From Nemertoderma westbladi (Eukaryota; Animalia; Xenacoelomorpha), in the NCBI GenBank assembly GCA_032718475.1, contig JAUCBJ010002587.1, positions 72,597 to 136,596 of the forward strand: 64,000 nucleotides of DNA. Reading direction: 5' to 3'. Shown here piece by piece: positions 53,070 through 64,000 of the stretch (position 1 is its first letter; the number at the start of each line of letters is the position of its first letter). Both the position numbers and the translations under genes were made by a program. Under the pieces are notes generated by a model, which was not told the origin of the DNA, did not search any database, and saw only the letters and a list, made by a program, of their open reading frames with translations.

Positions 53070-54154
53070 AGTCTAAATAATGTTTTGCCTTCCGGCAAAA
53101 ATATCTCGCAAAAGTTCGAGATATAATTATAATTTAACCGAAATACGGTCAAATTATTTGTCAAATAATCAGTTGGTCCAAATGTCAAATAAATTCGCAA
53201 TGCAATATTGTGAATTTAATAGGGTATAGTTATAGCAAATACTAGCACAATATTTAAACAAAATATTATTATATAGCTACTATAGCAATTAAATACCGGT
53301 ATGACACAAAATAATTTCTGAATCTAATACAAAATATTCAGAATAAATTTGCCACCCAAATAATTCCAATTTTGCATATATAGCTCTAATCAACGTAATT
53401 TTAATTTCAAATATTATATGTATCCACTAGCGCGTGGCTACATCTTCGGGTTGCGACTCTCTCTAACTCTCTCTCTAACTTGAGCGATTCAAAACCATGG
53501 CCGGCTAAACCTAAATATCCTAACTAATAAATTGAGTTCAGCTTCACAGTTAAACAACCGATAATTTTTTACTGCTTCCACAAACACAATGGTGCCAACA
53601 GAACAACTAACCTTGTTTGCTGTGAGATTCCACGTCCGCGTCCAAAGATTCAGGCTCTTCGCTGATTGCAAACCGAACCCGCAGACCCACACGAACCCCA
53701 AACTCAGAAGTTCCGTCTTGCCATGTATCTCCAGATGGTATAAAATAACTAAGCGGTTACCTAACATACCGGTACAAAACTCTAGAATTTTACAAATAAT
53801 TTTGACCGAAACTGAATTCTCGCAAACCTAGCTAAAATTTTCAAAAAACTTACTAATTACAATTTGCCCTAAGGCCTAAGGAACTGCTGTATTCGCAATT
53901 AGTAAAAACACACTACCGTACATCCACTGTATGCAGTACAGTAAGTAAAACAGTACACCAACCTAACAGCCTAATTGATACTGTGTGTGTGGTACAGCAA
54001 ACAAATGTCCTTCTACCCTACGCAGTAACAGCAATCAGCCTAATGTACTACTGTACTATTGTACTACTGCATGCGACCAATGAATACAGTAATCTAAATT
54101 AACAGCCTAAGAATACACTATCTGTCTTACTGTACGCAGTACAGCAAAGCAATA

Positions 54155-54166
54155 TACACGTATTAC
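54155..54166 (-). promoter_or_regulatory. Non-canonical primer-binding position, complementary to LTR-internal 55836-55847
   Basis: Minus strand after the 5' LTR reads GTAATACGTGTA (no TGG); the LTR minus strand contains TGCACGTATTAC. Confidence 0.5.
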
Positions 54167-56984
54167 TGTTAAACTAGCGCGACCCCTATACTAACAGCAG
54201 AACTGTTGAACAGACAAATACCCGTATACTTCTCTGCCAACCTAATGAGTTCCCGCCTAACCAATAAGACACAAAGACTGCTCTACTGTTAAGTAAAGGC
54301 GATCAGGAGCGTGCTATTACTAAATTGTAGGGCTGCTAAATACAAAACTGCTACTTACCGTTGGATGGCGCTAATCTGCCGTCCGCTAATATATTTTACT
54401 AAATTTACACGGCTCCCTACTACTTCTATAATTTTTGAGCAATTTGTCTGAAACTTCCTGTGGGTGTCTAGATAGCCACCCTGCATAAAAGTATCAGACA
54501 ACTTTTCGAAATTATTTGTTAATAAAATTTAATACTATTTATAACAAACCTAAAAATTTAGCCTAAATTTGCAGCGCCACCTAGCGGTGCAGAATTATTT
54601 TCACAAAATTTCGCCTGATAGTTATGTTGCCCCATCTTTGTTCTATCATATAAAAAAACTTTCATGTGATTAGATTCGAAACTGTAAAAACTTAGGGTTT
54701 TAAGCACAACCAAGTTTTTTTTATTGTTAACTAATATTAACTAATATTAAAATAGCGAAAAAAAATTTTTTTCTTACCCATCATGTAGAATAGTATCTTA
54801 GGCACCTATATTCCAAATTATAGCCAAAAACAAAAAATTTTGAAACGCTGAGAGTGATAAATCGAAGAGTTGTCCGAAAATGGTGTACCCCCCCTTAAGT
54901 AAAGGCGATCAGGAGCGTGCTATTACTAAATTGTAGGGCTGCTAAATACAAAACCGCTACTTACCGTTGGATGGCACTAATCTGCCGTCCGCTAATATAT
55001 TTTACTAAATTTACACGGCTCCCGCAAAATCGCTTGTTCCTTTCTCTACCGATCGCTCGATAGAGAGCTAACTGTTCGAATCTATGAGCCACGCGGGAAT
55101 AACCAAAACAATAAACCCGAGTCGGCTCCCTAAGCTTACTTAAGACGAGTGCGAGAGGCTTTGCACTCAGAGTATTCTTATGCCTAATTTTACTATTGAA
55201 ATACGATAATGCCTACGTCTTTTCTAATCGCGAATACTGGGGGTTCCCTAACGGAATGTATGAATGCGAGAATATTTAAAATAATCAAAATGGTACAGTA
55301 TTTTGTCTCTACGTGGATAATACCGCTCTGGGTCTAAAATTGCCTGCAGCTGGCTTTAGGCCAGCAAATTACTAGTGTGTTGTGCGTACTGAATAATGCT
55401 ATCTAGCTTATTGCCCGCTAATGCAAATAACCGCTCAGCGTGAATAGTTTACAGTACCCTAATTATTACTTTAGCTATTCTCCGCTATGCTGCGTACTAA
55501 TTCTTAATTTTACTAATCAATTACAGTCACAAATATGTAACAGCGTACTAATTACTAAGAGTTCCAGAATGCGTAATTCTAATTTATTACACAACAGGTT
55601 TCGCTAGTAATAGCCTAAAATACCGTATTACTTTGACCTAATCAGTAATTAATTGTTGTAAACTAAGAAATAGAAATCATTCAAAGGGAAAGGCGCCTAC
55701 CTAAGCATTCGTAATCATAGGCACACTTCAGTAACACACCAATCAGCGTCAGCAATCACAGTTCGCAATTATGCAGTTCACTACCGTGTAGCCCACAGTT
55801 GTGCAATTCACTCTTCGTACTCCACACTTCACGCTGTAATACGTGCAGGCCTCTCCCGAGTACATCTAGGCTTCCTAACTAACCCGATTCCTGCCCCCCT
55901 AATACTAAATAGAGACGAAACCTGGATCATCAGCCCCCTAATTACTGTATCGGCGAATGGTCTGCATGCTACAGTGCTCCAGCGTTGCCCGCTTTTGAAT
56001 CCTCCGCTCTCCCTTAGTCGCCCAACCCCCCGATGCGCCCACCGCCTACCGGCACCTTAGCCCTTCATTTATTTGAATAGCTACCGTAGCGGCGCATGCA
56101 AATCACAAAGTCTGACAGTCTCAGAAAATCCCTTAGGATTATTGCGTAGAAATGAATCACATAGAACCATTAACAAAAGGGGTAGAAATCATAGTTCCGA
56201 TTGTAATTAGCAGTAATCGATAGGATTGATTGAGAAACGCAATTGAGAATAGTAGCACTAACAAATCATTTCAAGAAATTAATCGAAAAATAGCAAATTG
56301 CAGAAATACGCAAAATTATACTTCTAACTTAATGGTACTAAATATGTCTGATGGCGTTGTTGTAAGAGGTAGCAAATGGATTGAGTTGATACAGCTCTAC
56401 CGGCAAACCGCCAATTTATAGGTGATCCGAGAAGGGTGATGCAATCGCTCACTCATTGGCTCTTCAATCCGCGCTTATCATTAGACCAACCTGGAAACAG
56501 TTAGTCCAATAAGAAAGCCGGATTGTAGCCCTATTGCTTCTCAAACCCTCAAAACGTCACCATATAAGGTAATTTTGCCGGTGCTTAATTTAGCGGTACT
56601 AATAACATGATGCACAAACATTAATTTAGCGCAATTATAGGAAATTACGACACGTGATAGCTAGCCCATCAAGACTAATAACAGCAAGCCCAAAATCCAG
56701 GGTCCAACTGAACTTGCTACCCTGGAACTATCTACTTATATCCTAATACAAAATTACGTAGGTAGGGCTACATACTATACAAAATGGATGAATTCAAATA
56801 TATGGGCGTTTCAATTTCCTTATCTAAGTGTCACTGCGCTATTATACCTTATCTAAATAATTATATTGCATAACAGACTAATATTGCGTACAGTATAACG
56901 GACTAATATATTATACTGCATAATGGACCAATATATTATACTGTATAATGGCTAATAATGTGTACAGCGCCATATACCGTAACA
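54167..56984 (-). repeat. 5' LTR, carrying a 477-bp insertion with a 129-bp duplication and several small deletions
   Basis: Direct repeat of 36349-38627 with few substitutions. Confidence 0.95.
54418..54894 (-). mobile_element. One-ended fragment of a TTAA-targeting DNA transposon (Kolobok-like end) inside the 5' LTR
   Basis: Absent from the 3' LTR; minus strand starts TTAA|GGGGGGGTACACCA; flanked by 129-bp direct repeats 54289-54417 and 54895-55023 that begin with TTAA. Confidence 0.6.
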
Positions 56985-57887
56985 GTAGAGGTATCTGTGG
57001 TCGTCTGTCCGCTTAACTGTAGACTTACAACAGAGTAGTTTCACCCCCGGTTAAAATACCCTAGTGAATTCTAACCGGGGGGTCGGGTGGTGAATTTTTA
57101 GGGGGGTGGAAATCTTCTGCTACACCGGTTGCCTGTACAGTAGGTAGACAACGGTAGTAGAGTTTCATTTATTAGAAGTTTGAATTCTAGAATAATTCAG
57201 TAATTACCAGTACCGGTAGACTTAGGCGTATAAAATTTAATTTAATTTTTTTAAATTTAGGCCTACGACTGTACGACCACGCCACAACCTGAGATCTGGT
57301 TAGATATATTTTGTTACTTTATGTCAACTTAACAGCGTTCTGGTGAATTACTCGTAACGCTGCAAAGTACTACTTTGCAGCGTTGCGGCCTATAGGACGG
57401 AACGCTGCAAAGTACCATGAAATATTTATTCAGGGAAAATCATTGGGGACAAGAACCAAACCAGTTTTCTAACATATCACACAGTAGGAAGGAATTTCTT
57501 TAAATTTTTTTCCCGCTACAGTTATCAATCTAGAATTTTTCCAGATCTATTTAATTTACTTCAGCATTTTATTTATTAATTTAACATAATTAATTGGTAA
57601 ACTCCCAACTCCACATTCCACAATCTCGCCATATCGTTTGCTGCTATTATTTGCCGTTATGTTCGATTAATGTTCTTCAATATTAATAGCCCCAACAATT
57701 GACATCCCCCAATTGAAATATCTCGCATCCCAAAATAATTAAATTACTCAATCCGGTTAATACCCGAAATATAATTATTTGTACCCCAATTTTATTTCAC
57801 TTTTAACCAAAAACGGAAACAGTTGGGGAAACTGGACGCAAATCCCATCTCCTCGATGAATTAATATCCCGCCTCAATGTGAAATTC

Positions 57888-57975
57888 TCAATTTAGGGAA
57901 AGAAGCAGGTTACAGTGGCACGATATAACCAAAACAATAAACTAAAGTCTATAGAACAGGTTACAATTTTATTTT
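57888..57975 (-). repeat. Dispersed repeat: inverted copy of the internal part of the MITE at 34805-35028
   Basis: TCAATTTAGGGAAAG..GCAGGTTACAGTGGCACG..AACCAAAACAATAAACTAAAGTC.ATAGAACAGGTTA is the reverse complement of ~34895-34985. Confidence 0.8.
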
Positions 57976-60346
57976 AGTGAGTGATCAGCTGTTATTTGCG
58001 TCAATTTTTTCCCAGGAGAGGGAATAAATTATACTGCATCGAAAGTATCCCCTTTCTGAAAAAACAATACATCCCATCCCGCACTAAATATGATGTTTCT
58101 CCCAATAATTTATGGGAACTTTATTCATTCAATTTCATTAATCATTCACTAACCATACAAATGTTTATCTTTATATTTGTTTATTCATTTGTATATTGTA
58201 GTTAATTTTTAATGATATCGTTTATTATTTTAGTTAGAAAATACATCCTATATAAACTGCTCCTTTCTCTCATTTGGTAATTTAATAATTATTTTTCTCG
58301 ATGTGAATTTAATTTATAGAAATTTGTATTTATCTTGAGATTATTTGTATTCGAGAAATTTTATGTTTATTTTTGGATGTTTGTCATTTATTTTGAGGGA
58401 TAATTGGGGGATCATTATTTGTTTATTTGGGTTTATTGTTTTTGGTGTTGAACAATCAATTTTGGTGTTCGGATATTTTTTGTGGAGCCCAAAAAAATAT
58501 TCTCATATTTAGGGTAATAGTTTTGTTGAAATTTTTATCAAATTTGCTGACACTAATAGCTTAAACGAAACTACCTGCGATCTCAGTGTGGGCGATTACA
58601 CTAACTTTTATTAACACCGCATGGTAAATATATACCAAGTTTGAAACTTGTAGAGATTTACATTATTGGTGTATATTTTGCATCATAAATAAGTTCCGCA
58701 AAATAACGCGCATATCTCGAGATTTGCGAATATTCATTAAATCAAATCAATATATCTCTGAATAAAATTTCAATATGTGACAATTAATATTAATAACCAA
58801 TTAAAACTTCTATAAAATTAGTAATTAATTAAAAATGGCCGCTTTCAGCCACAGAAGGGAACTTAGTGACTTTATCTCCGACCGATATTATTATCAGGGA
58901 AACATTAGGTTTTATTTCGCCATCGTTTAGGGTTCCAACTGATTCCATCGAGGAAATAAGAGAACAGCTAATGTAGAATGTATTCCCGATGTGAATCTAT
59001 CTGATGCAGCGATCGATCTGTTGGATGATGTTAATAACGTCAGTTCCATTAGACAATCGGATACTATTGGTCCATCTCTTCTGAGCACCAAGGAATTCGT
59101 TAACGATAAACTCGCTAACAGTTTGGGATGCGTTGGTACCGAAGCTGAAACTTCTAGTGGGGGAAGTCCGAACTCAGTAGCTGAGGAAGAAGAATTAGCT
59201 GATGAATAATGTCTAAAGTGGTTTCGGGTTCTTCTACAGTTGAGTCGCATTTAAATATCATCGTAACTCCTAAATCGACGGCTCCTTTCGAACCCCGACG
59301 TGGTTTACGACCCAGAAAGGAAGTCGATTACGCCAACCGCAACTGCCCTATAAAATCCTTCAACAACTTACAACTTTATATTCTGCGACCTTTGCGGCGA
59401 GGAATATAATGAATTACAGTGTCCGGTACACGGGGAGTTTAACTTCATAACGAATAGCGAAACCACTCTTGGTGGAAGGAACCGTGGCAGCAGAACAATT
59501 CCGTCGTGTTTGGAGATAGATAAATCCCCTATTCATAATAAAGGGGTGTTACCAAGGTCGACTTGAGTCCGGGAACATTATTTGGTCCCATGATGGAGAG
59601 AGGAAACCAGGTAAACCTAAACCCGGGAAGTCTGATGATTACAGCTGGTTGATGTTGGATGATGCGGGTAAATTCTTTACTATCAGCGGGAGACGGTAGT
59701 TTAAGTCGAATTGGATTCGGTACGTAAACTGCGCCAAATGGGAAGTGGAACAAACCCTTTGTGGGTTCCAGTAGGGGGGAGAATTTATATTATCCGGTCT
59801 GTAAACCAGTTGCAGCCGGTACGGAACTCCTTACTGTGAACGGAACGAGTTACGCGGAAGAAATGGGATTAATTACTAAACAACCGAAGAATAAGAAATT
59901 AGGAATGAAAGTTATGGAAGACGGGATGATTCTGTGTACCGGGTGTGGCAGTTACCAGTCTGATAAACAGGAGGCAATTCTTAGCACCGGTAGTCGAGGT
60001 GGATGTGTTGAGAGAAAGAGATTAGATTTAGCCCACGATAAGAGTTTGCATAAATTCCCTTGCGAACATTGCGACGTCGTCTACACGGTGGAATCTTTTC
60101 TCGTTTCCCATTTAAAACGGAAACACAATGAACCCGGTTCAACTCCAACCGTTACGGCATCCAACGTTCCTACTGGTCCCAAGAAACGTTCCAGTTTAGA
60201 TAAACCTGTTGATAGTTTAGGATGTAGTTCTTGTGGGAAAATGTTTAGAGATAAATCTGATGTAATGAGATACAAAAGGATTCACTCTGGCGTGAAATCA
60301 TTCAGCTGCTCTATGTAGTAAAGGTTTCAACCAACAGTCCTGTCTA

Positions 60347-61070
60347 CGGTGGCTGATCTTTGCCAATTAATTATTATTTTTGACTTTTTTTTCAGAAGTT
60401 CTCCATGACGTTATAATATATGGTCGACCAAAAATTAATTTATGGTCAATCAAAAATTATTTAAGGTCGACCAAAAATTAATTTATATGGTCAACCAAAA
60501 ATTAATTTATGGTCGACCAAAAATTAATTTATGGTCGACCAAAAAATAATTTATGGTCGACCAAAAAATAATTTATGGTCGACCAAAAAATAATTTATGG
60601 TCGACCAAAAAATAATTTATGGTCGACCAAAAATTATTAATTTATGGTCGACCAAAAATTATTAATTTATGGTCGACCTAAAATTATTAATTTATGGTCG
60701 ACCTAAAATTATTAATTTATGGTCGACCATAAATTAATTCCTGGTAGTTTGAATTTGCCGGTAACTTGTAGGTCGAGATTTTAGACTGGCCATTCCTGGG
60801 TTAGGGTAGTGGGAAACCAACGTTTATTTGAATGTAATTACTTAAAGTAACCAATGAATGGCCTGTCCAAATCTCGCCGTACAAGGTACCGGGAAATTCA
60901 AACTTCCAGAAATTCATTTATGGTCAACCATAAATTAATAATTTTTGGTCGACCATTAATTAATTTTTGGTCGACCATAAATTAATTGATGGTCGACCAT
61001 AAATTATGACGTCATGGAGAATTTCTGAAAAAAAAAGAAAAATAAATTAATTGGCAAAGATCAGCCACCG
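60347..61070. mobile_element. 724-bp TA-targeting MITE (Tc1/mariner-type) with internal 22-25-bp tandem repeats
   Basis: TIR CGGTGGCTGATCTTTGCCAATTAATT / AATTAATTGGCAAAGATCAGCCACCG; TA at 60345-46 and 61071-72; subterminal ATTTATGGTCGACCAAAAA arrays in inverted orientation. Confidence 0.9.
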
Positions 61071-61204
61071 TACCAGTCTAACAACCCACAAACGCACTCA
61101 ATCTGGTAAAGCTTTCTCACTGAACGACCATCTAATAAAACACAATTGTACTCATACCTGAGTTTATCCCTACAGTTGCCAATCATTCAACAACAGTTTC
61201 TCTC

Positions 61205-63088
<1,884 letters not shown>

Positions 63089-63147
63089 TGAATAATCAAT
63101 AAACTGTTGTGTATCGAGGGATTCTTTTTTTACTATTTTATCTTTCT

Positions 63148-64000
63148 ATTGCTAGATCATCCGCATCTTTAAGGCCAGTGTCCTTTAAGATGCGTCTCAA
63201 GAAATTCATGGGCTGTCCACCATGCTTATTCACTCCATGAGGCTGCCAAAGTACAAGATTATGCACTGGCTGGTCTTCACGGCGTAAGCAATGTCCTGCA
63301 AAGCAGAGGCGATTTTGTTCTAGTGTCAAGCTTGGGGGAACCAATGAGACACCTCCAATGTTATATAGTGTCTGGTTGGAGATGTGTGCATTGTACTTGA
63401 CACAATGAACCCGGCGTAGCATTCTTGTGAATGTGCCATCCAGAGATTTGGTGTCCTCAGCAGTTAGAGCCCAGCATGGACTCCCGTAGAGGAGTACTGG
63501 AACTACTGCTGCTCTAAATAATCGGACCTTAAGTTTCCGATTAATTCTCGGTGACTTCCAAATCCTGGAAAGCCTATTCAAGGCTGCCCATGCCTTTCCC
63601 TTACGTATTCGAAGGTCCTCACCTGACTTCCGGATCCATGATCCCAGGTAACAGAAGTCGTCCACATGCTCAAGCATACCATCCTTTGAGCTTATGCTCA
63701 TCCGATCAGAGACTTGCTGAGGACTTTCAAAGTTAACTGTCAGAATTTTGGTCTTTCTGGAGTTAATAAAAAGACCAACACTAGAAGCAGCATGTTCTAA
63801 TGAGCTGAGGAGCCGTTGGGCTCCCTCTAATGATTCTGAGAGTACTCCTAAGTCATCAGCAAAGTCTAGATCAGTTAGGTACATGGCAGGATTTCCTCGA
63901 TTTCTGGAGCCAGTAGGTGGAGTTATCATCACCCCATCATCATTATGATGATCTAAGGACATGCGTAGAACATAGTCAACCACAATAATGAACAAGAATG
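63148..64000 (-). mobile_element. Second copy of the same RTE-like LINE, 3'-truncated and running off the window edge
   Basis: Translation nearly identical to 43194-44267; diverges after GATGATCTAGCAA. Confidence 0.92.

Larger units (their letters stand above)
36349..56984 (-). mobile_element. Full-length BEL/Pao LTR retrotransposon (~20.6 kb including nested insertions)
   Basis: Two near-identical LTRs with TGTTA...TAACA ends; 5-bp TSD GTAGA (36344-36348 and 56985-56989); BEL-type gag-PR-RT-RNaseH-IN order; purine-rich GGAGCGG next to the 3' LTR. Confidence 0.95.
36065..57128. mobile_element. Degenerate inverted-repeat element split by the LTR retrotransposon (left part ~36065-36343, right part ~56990-57128)
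   Basis: CCCCGGTTAGAATTCCCTAGT (36111) is inverted relative to CCTAGTGAATTCTAACCGGGG (57060); C-rich left and G-rich right ends; exact termini not resolved. Confidence 0.45.

Overview
Eukaryotic, invertebrate-like, repeat-rich genomic DNA. The first half holds two long satellite arrays (39-bp, ~11 kb; 45-bp, ~18.8 kb) separated by a 2-kb unique island, followed by the terminal exon of an OXR1/NCOA7-type TLDc gene whose stop-codon region has expanded into a 29-bp minisatellite. The second half is dominated by a young, full-length ~20.6-kb BEL/Pao LTR retrotransposon on the minus strand (36349-56984, 5-bp TSD GTAGA, ~2.3-kb LTRs). It has three unusual properties: an extra ~1,235-aa ORF3 with a DEDDy-like 3'-5' exonuclease domain and three CCHC knuckles; no tRNA primer-binding site, but a 12-nt segment at that position complementary to a sequence inside its own LTR (possible self-priming); and six dispersed copies of a 17-nt tetraloop hairpin kept in three different reading frames. 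The window also holds nested MITEs, two RTE-like LINE fragments, and a disrupted PRDM9-like PR/SET gene with a 21-unit 84-bp zinc-finger array. All calls come from reading the sequence by eye; no database searches were run.
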